Source: Bacteroidales bacterium
GTDB lineage: Bacteria > Bacteroidota > Bacteroidia > Bacteroidales > F082
Assembly: GCA_045616045.1 (NCBI GenBank)
Contig: JAZLGA010000026.1
Span: forward strand, 674-64,673
Length of the DNA stretch: 64,000 nucleotides
Direction: 5' to 3'
Of this stretch, positions 56,054 to 64,000 are shown in pieces. The notes under the pieces were generated by a model. The model saw nothing but the letters and a program-made list of their open reading frames with translations. It was not told the origin of the DNA and ran no database searches. The position numbers were made by a program, and so were the translations under genes. The number at the start of each line of letters is the position of its first letter. Within the stretch, counting starts at the first letter, position 1.

Positions 56054-57682
56054 TCAGAATCGGGCAACAATAGGTATCACCCTTTCTGGCCCGAATGCTT
56101 TTGGCGACACTCTAAGTATGGGTGCCACTTGTTGGCGTTTGAACTCGTTGCGGTTCACCATGCCTATTGTCTTTTTTACGACAGCAGGGTCGAAACCTTG
56201 TGCAATAATGGCATCGGCTGGTTGAGAACATTCAATATATTGGAACAGTATCTTGTCGAGAATGTCATAGTCGGGCAAGCTGTCGCTATCTTTTTGGTTG
56301 GGACGAAGTTCTGCAGAAGGGGCCTTGTTTATGGTGTGCCATGGTATGATTTCCTCTTCGCTGTTTATGTAGCGTGCCAAGTCGAAGGCTTCGCTTTTGT
56401 AAACATCGCCTATCACGGATATGCCTCCGCACATGTCTCCGTAAAGGGTGCCATAACCTACTGCGGCTTCCGACTTGTTGCTGGTGTTGAGCAAGATGTT
56501 GCCGAATTTGTTGCTGACAGCCATCAGTACTACACCGCGTATGCGTGCTTGAAGGTTCTCCTCGGTGACGTCGAAGTCCCGGCCTGAGAAAATGTCTTTC
56601 AGTGAATCTTCAAATATGTCGTACATGGGTTTGATTGGTACAGTGTCATAGCGAATGCCAAGTTTCTCGGATAGTGAAACAGCGTCGTTTACGGAGTGGT
56701 CGGTCGAAAACTGTGAGGGTAGTAACACCACACGCACATTTTCGGCACCTATTGCTTTGACGGCAAAATATGTCACCAAAGCCGAGTCAAGACCGCCTGA
56801 TAGACCTATGACAGCTGATTTGAATCCCATTTTAGCAAAATAGTCTTTTACGCCTAGTGTTATTGCGTCGTGAATGAGGGCTATCTTCGATGGTATGGTC
56901 ATATTGTCTGAGGCAGGCATATACGTATATAGGGTCTCGGCATCTATAGTCTTGACATCCTCTTTGAAGAAAGGAAGAGCTGAGTCAACATGCCCATTTG
57001 CGGCCATTGCCAGAGAGCCTCCGTCATAGATGACGTTGGTGTTTGAGCCAACTTGGTTTACTGAGACTACGGGAATCTCGTGTTTTAATACTGTTTGGCA
57101 TAATGTTTTGCGTCGTTTTTCGGGCATGGTGTAGTCGAAAGGTGAGGCACTTAGGTTGATGATGAGGTTAGGGTGTAATTTAAGCATCTCATCGACTCTG
57201 TTTTGCATCAACAGATCGTCGTCGCTTTGGTTGGCAAGGTCGTCGCCTATGGTGACTGCGATACGGAAGTTGTCAATCTCAAGCAATGTGTCGTTGTCGT
57301 ATGATGGAGTGAAATGTTTGCGCTCGTCGTATAATGGATTGGCACTTAGTTGCTTTTTCTTGAATATTTGGCGTTGTCCTTTGTGCATGAAGACAGCGCA
57401 GTTGTATAGTTTGCGTCCTGTCTCGGTTTCTTCGGCGAGAGCACATCCTACCAGCATGGGCATGTCGGGACATTGTTGGGCAAGCCATGAAAGAGAGTTC
57501 TCGTTTTTTGTGGCGAAGTCGTCGAACTCCATGCAATCGTATGGGAAGTGGCCTGACAAAGCCAGCTCGGAAAATACTATCAAGTTGGCATCAGACGACT
57601 TGCGAACAGCCTCGACCATTTTGGCGGCGTTGCCTTCAAAGTCGCCTATTTTGTAATTTAGTTGTGCTAATGCTATCTTCAT
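56054..57682 (-). CDS. nadE: glutamine-dependent NAD+ synthetase
   Basis: N-terminal C-N hydrolase domain (FSELALSG) plus C-terminal synthetase domain with the SGGLDSA PP-loop. Confidence 0.9.
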   Translation of the reverse strand: MKIALAQLNYKIGDFEGNAAKMVEAVRKSSDANLIVFSELALSGHFPYDCMEFDDFATKNENSLSWLAQQCPDMPMLVGCALAEETETGRKLYNCAVFMHKGQRQIFKKKQLSANPLYDERKHFTPSYDNDTLLEIDNFRIAVTIGDDLANQSDDDLLMQNRVDEMLKLHPNLIINLSASPFDYTMPEKRRKTLCQTVLKHEIPVVSVNQVGSNTNVIYDGGSLAMAANGHVDSALPFFKEDVKTIDAETLYTYMPASDNMTIPSKIALIHDAITLGVKDYFAKMGFKSAVIGLSGGLDSALVTYFAVKAIGAENVRVVLLPSQFSTDHSVNDAVSLSEKLGIRYDTVPIKPMYDIFEDSLKDIFSGRDFDVTEENLQARIRGVVLMAVSNKFGNILLNTSNKSEAAVGYGTLYGDMCGGISVIGDVYKSEAFDLARYINSEEEIIPWHTINKAPSAELRPNQKDSDSLPDYDILDKILFQYIECSQPADAIIAQGFDPAVVKKTIGMVNRNEFKRQQVAPILRVSPKAFGPERVIPIVARF

Positions 57683-57696
57683 GCCTTAGGATACTA

Positions 57697-58482
57697 CTAG
57701 AACATTATTCCAAACTCAATTCCTATGCCATAGGCATGAACATCGAGTCTGTCATTTTCAAGGCGTTCGTATTTGTAATTGTTTGGTTCGTCGCCAAATG
57801 AGTTTCTTTTGTATTTGAGTGACATGGCGTTAAGTATGTTGCCATTGAATATGAGGCGAGCAAATGCGCGTGTGTCGCCGTTGATGGCATATTCTGCTCC
57901 ACCGGCTATTATGTATTTTACAGTCACTGGGTTATATTGTTCTCTGACGTTGATGAACTCGGCTTCTTTCTCGTCTTTTGGATACGTGTATTCGTCATCA
58001 AGTATGTCGTATGTGAAGATGTCTTTTGCCGAGACTTTGCAGCGGACACCTATTGATGCACCTATCTCGCCGAAGAAACGCCAGTCGCCAAACTCGTTTG
58101 TACGCATCTTTAACATTACGGGAATCTCAACGTATGTGCCACGCATTGTACGGTTCACCTCTCCTGTAATGGAATCGATGTTTAAGCCTGTGATACGGTC
58201 AGGCACCATGCGAGCTTCTTCATATATGTATCTGTTGCGTAGGAAGTCAAGGTTTATGCCTGTCTCGATAGCGTAGTTCTCAACAAAATAGAATTCTGCA
58301 ACAAAACCGAGGTTGAAGCCAGCTTTTACCTTGTCGTTTTTGACAGTCTTAGTGCTTGAGCCTGCCCATTGCATATTGGGGCCGAATTTGAGGCCGAAGT
58401 TGAAAGGTTTGTACTGAGCTGAAGCTGTTAGTGATACAAACAGCATTAGAGCTGCGATGATGAAGTTTTTTTTCATAGTCAT
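57697..58482 (-). CDS. outer-membrane beta-barrel protein (porin/PorT-like family)
   Basis: Signal peptide ending TASAQ; alternating beta-strand pattern; C-terminal [10 protein letters not shown]. Confidence 0.7.
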   Translation of the reverse strand: MTMKKNFIIAALMLFVSLTASAQYKPFNFGLKFGPNMQWAGSSTKTVKNDKVKAGFNLGFVAEFYFVENYAIETGINLDFLRNRYIYEEARMVPDRITGLNIDSITGEVNRTMRGTYVEIPVMLKMRTNEFGDWRFFGEIGASIGVRCKVSAKDIFTYDILDDEYTYPKDEKEAEFINVREQYNPVTVKYIIAGGAEYAINGDTRAFARLIFNGNILNAMSLKYKRNSFGDEPNNYKYERLENDRLDVHAYGIGIEFGIMF

Positions 58483-59252
58483 TTTCTTCTGTTTTTATTT
58501 GTATTCAAAGGAGATGTTATTCTGGCACCAAGGTATTCCCTGTTGAGCCTTGCTATGTTACTTGTCGAGATGTGTTTGGGGCACACTGCTTGACATGCGT
58601 ATGTGTTGGTGCAGTTGCCAAAGCCTAGTTCGTCCATCTTGGCTACCATGGCTTGTACGCGTTGTTTAGCCTCGGGCTTGCCTTGCGGCAGCAGTGCAAA
58701 TTGCGACACTTTGGCTGCAACAAAAAGCATGGCACTTGAGTTCTTGCATGCAGCAACACAAGCGCCACAGCCTATGCAGGCTGCAGCGTCCATGGCCATG
58801 TCAGCATCTTGTTTGGGTATGAGTATGGCATTGCCGTCTGGCACCCCGCCGGTGTGGCATGAAACATAACCTCCGGCTTGTATTATCTTGTCGAAAGCTG
58901 AACGGTCAACGGTAAGGTCTTTTATTATAGGAAAGGCTTTTGACCTAAAAGGTTCAACAACTATTGTTTCACCATCTTTGAAGTTGCGCATATAGAGTTG
59001 GCATGTGGTAGTGCCTTCGCCTTTGCCGTGAGGTCGTCCGTTGATAAACAGACTACATGCTCCGCATATTCCCTCGCGGCAGTCGTGGTCGAAATAGACA
59101 GGGGCTTTGCCTTCAACAACCAGGCGTTCGTTAAGGGTGTCGAGCATCTCAAGGAATGACATGTCCGGGCTTATGCCGTCGATTTTGTATTCTACAAGTT
59201 CTCCTTTAGCAGTTCTGCTTGCCTGGCGCCATATCTTTAGTGTGAAATTCAT
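58479..59252 (-). CDS. frdB: succinate dehydrogenase / fumarate reductase iron-sulfur subunit
   Basis: [12 protein letters not shown] (2Fe-2S), [11 protein letters not shown] and CQAVCPK cluster motifs; length and N-terminus match Bacteroides-type FrdB. Confidence 0.9.
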   Translation of the reverse strand: MNFTLKIWRQASRTAKGELVEYKIDGISPDMSFLEMLDTLNERLVVEGKAPVYFDHDCREGICGACSLFINGRPHGKGEGTTTCQLYMRNFKDGETIVVEPFRSKAFPIIKDLTVDRSAFDKIIQAGGYVSCHTGGVPDGNAILIPKQDADMAMDAAACIGCGACVAACKNSSAMLFVAAKVSQFALLPQGKPEAKQRVQAMVAKMDELGFGNCTNTYACQAVCPKHISTSNIARLNREYLGARITSPLNTNKNRRK

Positions 59253-59283
59253 GCAGTTGTGCCGTTAGTGTTCTATCAAACTG

Positions 59284-59291
59284 CAAAAGTA
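59284..59291 (-). promoter_or_regulatory. Bacteroidetes -7 box (TActTTTG on the minus strand)
   Basis: 31 nt upstream of the frdB ATG at 59252 and downstream of the terminator at 59381-59410. Confidence 0.45.
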
Positions 59292-59380
59292 CTAATTTTA
59301 ATCTAATTTTGGTAGAAAAAAGAATCTTTTGGCGGAAAAAATGATGTTTGTCTGGTCGTGTATCTATTCAAAGACAAAAA

Positions 59381-59410
59381 AACGTAGAGATGCGTATTCA
59401 CCTCTACGTT
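59381..59410 (-). terminator. rho-independent terminator after the POT transporter gene
   Basis: 9-bp arms aacgtagag/ctctacgtt, 12-nt loop, A/T runs on both flanks. Confidence 0.55.
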
Positions 59411-59434
59411 TTTGAATCATAAATTTCTCTATGC

Positions 59435-61114
59435 TTATTTTGTAACTCTCTCAAGCCATTTCACCATGCCCAGCATGACTGACATTGAGACGATGCACAC
59501 AGCGAAGAATACTGTCCAGCATATCCATATTGGCCATGCATTGTACATGACAGGGCCGAGGAATATGAATAGGTTGCCAATGGCTGTTGCAGCAAGCCAC
59601 AATCCTTGGCACAGACCCACCATGTGGCGAGGTGCCACTTTTGACACGAAAGAAAGACCAAGAGGTGAGATGAACAACTCGGCCACAGTGAGGAAGAAGT
59701 AGATTACGAACATGACCCAATAGCCCGATTTGTGAAGTCCGGCAGCAGCCATTGCTTCATTGTCCATAGCACGGAAATCGGTGCCTGACGGATAGTTGTT
59801 TGCAAGCGAGAACACCATCAAGAAGAGATAGGCGAGACCTGCTATCAGCATGCCAAGTGCAATTTTGCGTGGAGTGGAAACAGCTTTGCCTTTGCGGGCT
59901 AGTGTTGCGAATATGCCCATGATAAGAGGTGTAAGTATGATCACGAATAGTGGGTTGAGTGCCTGCCATATCTCAGGAGCAATTTGGTCTGAGTTGACAA
60001 AGTCGCGGGCGAAGACCGACAACGACTGCCCGTTTTGGTGGAATGAGAGCCAGAAGAAAATTGCTATGCCCAACACTGCGAACAAGGCGGCCATACGCTG
60101 TTTGATTTCTTTTGCCATTGCGGTTTTCTCCTCAGCAGTGTAATTTGATGTTTCAGCGGCCAGCTTCTTGGCAGGTTGTGGGAATTTCTTCTTCTGTGTG
60201 AAGAATATTATCAACGATATAAGCATTGCTATCATTGAGGCTATGAATGCGAAGTGAATGCCTTGGTTATAGACTTCGATATAGTCTGAACTGAATTGCA
60301 TGAGGTTCTCAGCACGGCCACCGTCTATGAGTGATGCAGACATTGTCTCGGTGAATTTGTTTGTCTCAATGCCATCTGTCAGATATTGGTGGCAGAGAGC
60401 AGGCATGTCGGCGTTATATACGAAGTTGTGTATCTTGAGCCACCAGGTGCGTAGCATTGGCGCTACGAAAGGAGCTATCACGCCGCCTATGTTTATGAAT
60501 ACGTAAAATATCTGGAAACCACTGTCGCGTTTGTCTTTTGCTTCAGCAAGTGCCTCAGGACCTTTCTTTGCAGCTTCTGCCTCAAAGTTGTCATACATTT
60601 GACCTACGAGAGCCTGGAGGTTGCCTTTGAAAAGACCGTTGCCAAATGCGATGAAGAGCAATGCCACGCATGTGAAGATGAGGATAGTCCACCAATTACC
60701 GTTGCCGTCGGCAATGAGACCTTCAGCATTCCTGCTGAACAACGGTATGGCAAGTGCCACATATCCTACAGCCATAATGATTAGTCCCCATTGGATTGTG
60801 CGATTGTAATTTTGGGTGCGGTCGGCTATGATACCACCTACGAGAGCTAATACATAAATGCCGAAGTAGAATACGGAGTAGATAACGCCTGCAACTGCAT
60901 CGGGGAGACCGAATTTTGACACAAGGAAGAGCAGCAGAATGGCGTTCATGATGTAGTAGCCGAAGCGCTCGCCCATGTTGCTGAGAGCGGCCGAGATAAG
61001 GCCTTTTGGATGCTCTTTTTTAGCTTTCCTCAGATAAAAGATAAGGAAAGGAACCACGATAGCCAGAATTGCTATAAGCAGTACTGTCGTGAGGTTTTCT
61101 TTTAAAAATTCCAT
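59435..61114 (-). CDS. POT/PTR2-family di-/tripeptide:proton symporter
   Basis: 559 aa MFS; SNMGERFGYYIMNAILLLFL (ExxERFxYY-type motif), about 14 TM segments. Confidence 0.85.
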   Translation of the reverse strand: MEFLKENLTTVLLIAILAIVVPFLIFYLRKAKKEHPKGLISAALSNMGERFGYYIMNAILLLFLVSKFGLPDAVAGVIYSVFYFGIYVLALVGGIIADRTQNYNRTIQWGLIIMAVGYVALAIPLFSRNAEGLIADGNGNWWTILIFTCVALLFIAFGNGLFKGNLQALVGQMYDNFEAEAAKKGPEALAEAKDKRDSGFQIFYVFINIGGVIAPFVAPMLRTWWLKIHNFVYNADMPALCHQYLTDGIETNKFTETMSASLIDGGRAENLMQFSSDYIEVYNQGIHFAFIASMIAMLISLIIFFTQKKKFPQPAKKLAAETSNYTAEEKTAMAKEIKQRMAALFAVLGIAIFFWLSFHQNGQSLSVFARDFVNSDQIAPEIWQALNPLFVIILTPLIMGIFATLARKGKAVSTPRKIALGMLIAGLAYLFLMVFSLANNYPSGTDFRAMDNEAMAAAGLHKSGYWVMFVIYFFLTVAELFISPLGLSFVSKVAPRHMVGLCQGLWLAATAIGNLFIFLGPVMYNAWPIWICWTVFFAVCIVSMSVMLGMVKWLERVTK

Positions 61115-61207
61115 AATGACTTTTTTTGTTTGTTATTATTTGATTTTACTTGTTTTTGTTTCCAAACAATTTGCAAAGTTAGCAATAATTGTTATTGTTT
61201 AGCGGAT

Positions 61208-62164
61208 TTATGAATTTTTGTTGCATCCGAAAAGTTTCCCTTGCCAAGTGTCGCGCTCTGCCATTCGGCGTTCTATGCGGTTAAGGACCTCGTCATAGCG
61301 CATGCCAGTCCATGCTGACGCAGCCAAATAGCGTGGAGGCACTTCGCCTGCAAAACGTTCTATCACTATTTTTGGATTGAGTCTTTCGGTGAACTTGGTG
61401 ACAAATTCGATGTATTCATCTAACGTGAATAGTTTGAATTGTGAAGGGTCTTTTGCGTATTCTTCGGCCATCCTTGTGCTTTTGAAGATTTGCAGTTGGT
61501 GGAACTTGACTGTGGTTAGAGGCAAGTCAGAAATGATAGATGCTGCGTTTAGCATCATTTCTCTTGTCTCGCCTGGCAGTCCGAAGATGAAGTGCGCTCC
61601 GCATGGTATGCCTGCTTCGGCGGTGAGCCTGACGGCTTTTTGTGCTGTGGCAAAGTCGTGACCCCTGTTTACACGCCTCAGCGTCTCGTCATATACGCTT
61701 TCAATGCCGTATTCAAGCATTACATAGTGGGTCTTCTGTATCTTCTTGAAAAGCAAGAGCTTGTCGTTGTCGATAAGGTCGGGGCGTGTGCCTACGACTA
61801 TGCCTGCTACCATGTCGTGTTGAAGGGCTTGGGAATAAATCTTCTCAAGTTCAGAAACAGGCTTGTAGGTGTTTGAATAAGGTTGGAAATAGGCCAAATA
61901 TCTGCGTGCACGCCTATAGCGCCTGAGGTGGAATTCTATGCCTTTGTCAATTTGTTGTGCTATGCTTTTTTCTGGTTGGCAATATGATGGGTTGAAGGCA
62001 TCGTTGCTGCAGAATGTGCACCCGCCACGGCTTATGGACCCATCTCGGTTGGGACAACCAAAACCGGCATCAATGCTTATTTTCTGTACCCTTCCTCCGA
62101 AAATGTGAGTAAAATATACACTATAACTGTTAAAGCGGCGGTTGTTGTTCCAAGGGTAGGACAT
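61208..62164 (-). CDS. TIGR01212-family radical SAM protein
   Basis: GGRVQKISIDAGFGCPNRDGSISRGGCTFC N-terminal signature. Confidence 0.8.
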   Translation of the reverse strand: MSYPWNNNRRFNSYSVYFTHIFGGRVQKISIDAGFGCPNRDGSISRGGCTFCSNDAFNPSYCQPEKSIAQQIDKGIEFHLRRYRRARRYLAYFQPYSNTYKPVSELEKIYSQALQHDMVAGIVVGTRPDLIDNDKLLLFKKIQKTHYVMLEYGIESVYDETLRRVNRGHDFATAQKAVRLTAEAGIPCGAHFIFGLPGETREMMLNAASIISDLPLTTVKFHQLQIFKSTRMAEEYAKDPSQFKLFTLDEYIEFVTKFTERLNPKIVIERFAGEVPPRYLAASAWTGMRYDEVLNRIERRMAERDTWQGKLFGCNKNS

Positions 62165-62180
62165 GGGCGAAGTTGTTTTT

Positions 62181-62708
62181 CTAAACTGCTTTCCTGAATT
62201 TGTGATATTTCAAATCTAATTGTTTTGTTTCGTCCGACTTGTCATTAACCAATTCATGCAACTCGGCTTGTTCAAGTATAAGGTTCGCAATCTTGCTGTA
62301 AACTTTTTGCATCCTTCCTTCGTCTTTTATGATATAGGCGTTAATGTTAGGGTATGAAGCAAGGCTTGATAATATTTTTGTTGTGGTATGTTCGTTTGCG
62401 TCATTGCCACGTATTAACAAAATGTAGTCTATCATCATTGGGAGACGTCCTAGCCATGATTTCCCAATTAGCCTGTTGTTGAGTGAAATTAGATTGAAAG
62501 ATGTGGAGCCGTTGGCATATTTATAAAAGTAGAATGAGTAAGGAGCCCCGTCTTCATCGGTTATGTCGGGAAGTCTTCTAAATGTCATTTGCGCAGCTCT
62601 GTCAAAGGCGATTGATATCTTGTAGTCAATCATAGAAGAGGTGATGCCTATAATCATGACATCATCGAATAAGCTGCTTTGCTCAAGTATGATTTTGTTG
62701 CTGCTCAT
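62181..62708 (-). CDS. hypothetical protein, possibly IPExxxVDY-family
   Basis: Start chosen at MSSNKIILEQ (alternatives 62765, 62846); IGITSSMIDYKISIAFDR resembles the family N-terminal motif; recalled from memory only. Confidence 0.4.
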   Translation of the reverse strand: MSSNKIILEQSSLFDDVMIIGITSSMIDYKISIAFDRAAQMTFRRLPDITDEDGAPYSFYFYKYANGSTSFNLISLNNRLIGKSWLGRLPMMIDYILLIRGNDANEHTTTKILSSLASYPNINAYIIKDEGRMQKVYSKIANLILEQAELHELVNDKSDETKQLDLKYHKFRKAV

Positions 62709-62890
62709 GACATCGCTTGAATTCCCCTGGTGGATAATCGCCACAAAGGTAGTTTTTTTTCCCATTGAAGACGAAATAGCAAAATATAATTTAAATTTAT
62801 TGGTGTTCCCATTTGTGATAATGAAATCATGGAATGGAAAAAACAAGCCCCATAATCAGAAAGATGTAATTGTGTGATTTTGTGTGGATA

Positions 62891-63646
62891 CTATTCTTTA
62901 ACCTTGTCACTTTTCTCCGAGGTGTTGTAACGGCCCTCTTTTTCCAATATTTTTATGGCCAGATCCGACACTTTTTGTTCTGCACCCTTGATTGAGTGGT
63001 CTGATGCAGTAGAGTATCTCTTTCCGTTGATGGTGACTTCAACTTCATATATTTTGTTTGGGCATTTGCCTCGTTCGCTGAGCAAATTGAAACATAAAGA
63101 TTTTTTGTTCTTTTGTGACCACTCGAGAATTTTGCTTTTGAAGTTTATCTCTGTATGTTCAAGTTGGTCCAGGTTGATATGTTTCTTTATTATTCTTTGC
63201 ACCAAGGATTCGTAGGTTTTTTTGTAGCCTTTGTCGATGAATATTGCTCCCACAAGTGCTTCAAAGGCATTGCCTCCCAAACTTGTTGCCATCTTGTGCG
63301 ACGTGTCTGAGCGATCGATAAGATGCTCGAATTCGAGTTCCTGCGATATTTTGTTAAGAGATTTGCGGCTTACTATGCGTGAACGCATTTCGGTCAAGAA
63401 ACCTTCTGTTTTGGTGGGATATGTTTTGAAAAGAAATTCGGCAACGATAGTGTTTAGCACAGAGTCGCCCAGATACTCAAGCCTTTCGTTGTTAAGCCTA
63501 ATGTTTCTCTGTTTGCCTGAATCGACTGACTTGTGTCTGAAAGCCAATTTGTATATCGCCGTGTTTGTTGGGTAGAAACCAAAGGTCTTTTTTATGTAGT
63601 TTGACAGTTTCTTGTCGTTTGAGAATAGGTGTGTTAAAAAACTCAT
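62891..63646 (-). CDS. rnc: ribonuclease III
   Basis: [11 protein letters not shown] catalytic signature and a C-terminal dsRBD. Confidence 0.9.
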   Translation of the reverse strand: MSFLTHLFSNDKKLSNYIKKTFGFYPTNTAIYKLAFRHKSVDSGKQRNIRLNNERLEYLGDSVLNTIVAEFLFKTYPTKTEGFLTEMRSRIVSRKSLNKISQELEFEHLIDRSDTSHKMATSLGGNAFEALVGAIFIDKGYKKTYESLVQRIIKKHINLDQLEHTEINFKSKILEWSQKNKKSLCFNLLSERGKCPNKIYEVEVTINGKRYSTASDHSIKGAEQKVSDLAIKILEKEGRYNTSEKSDKVKE

Positions 63647-64000
63647 TGACCTTGCTGGTACTTTTTAAAGATTATCGTGGTGTTATGTCCTCCAAATCCG
63701 AAAGCATTCGATAGGGCATAATTTATAGCACGTTGTCGTTTTTGGTTGAAGGTGAAGTCAAGTTTGTTGTCTATTTGAGGGTCGTCTTCGAAGTGGTTTA
63801 TTGTTGGTGGAATGATGCCGTTTTTCAGTGAAAGAATGGTTGAAATGGCTTCAATGGCGCCTGCTCCTCCCAAGAGGTGCCCTGTCATCGACTTTGTTGA
63901 ATTCATGCTGATGTTGTAGGCGTGTTGCCCGAACAATTCCTTTATGGCCAGCACTTCGGCGATGTCGCCTAATGGTGTTGATGTACCATGTGTGTTGATA
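63643..64000 (-). CDS. fabF: beta-ketoacyl-ACP synthase II, C-terminal part (gene runs off the window)
   Basis: [27 protein letters not shown] and [16 protein letters not shown] motifs; open frame continues to position 64000. Confidence 0.9.
   Translation of the reverse strand, partial: INTHGTSTPLGDIAEVLAIKELFGQHAYNISMNSTKSMTGHLLGGAGAIEAISTILSLKNGIIPPTINHFEDDPQIDNKLDFTFNQKRQRAINYALSNAFGFGGHNTTIIFKKYQQGQ

Noticed and set aside
1-64000. Search for CRISPR arrays, tRNA/rRNA genes, integrases, reverse transcriptases and tandem repeats
   Set aside because: I found no regularly spaced direct repeats, no tRNA-like GC-rich cloverleaf candidates in the intergenic regions, and no recombinase or RT motifs in any tracked ORF. 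This was a visual scan only, so short or degenerate features could have been missed.

Overview
This looks like a chromosomal segment from a Bacteroidota, most likely Bacteroidales, genome. The evidence is type A and type B T9SS C-terminal sorting domains, TAnnTTTG boxes about 20-25 nt upstream of many start codons, no obvious Shine-Dalgarno sites, and a ddl / PASTA / rluD neighbourhood. I saw no rRNA, tRNA or CRISPR array. About 60 genes are mostly housekeeping. They include a mevalonate-pathway operon, cysQ, glyA, mrp plus a NifU-like gene, a PduO-type adenosyltransferase, asd, ribF, rluD, ddl, moxR and SurA/PpiD-type PPIases. They also include guaB, purN, dusB, nadE, a lone frdB/sdhB, a POT peptide transporter, a TIGR01212 radical-SAM gene, rnc and partial fabF. 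The clear accessory region is about 31.3-42.4 kb, with no integrase or transposase. It holds two tandem MBOAT + SGNH-like partner modules. These share a conserved 1.2-kb MBOAT 5' block but have different C-terminal ends and different partner genes, and one copy is frameshifted. The region also holds intact and decayed DUF234-type ATPase genes, hicAB, a small HTH gene flanked by near-identical 19-bp inverted-repeat sites, a nonsense-mutated DUF4143 ATPase, a 45-nt palindromic repeat in three copies, and a candidate structured RNA. A 198-bp MITE-like element occurs twice in inverted orientation, 22 kb apart. All functional calls come from reading motifs by eye. No database search was run.
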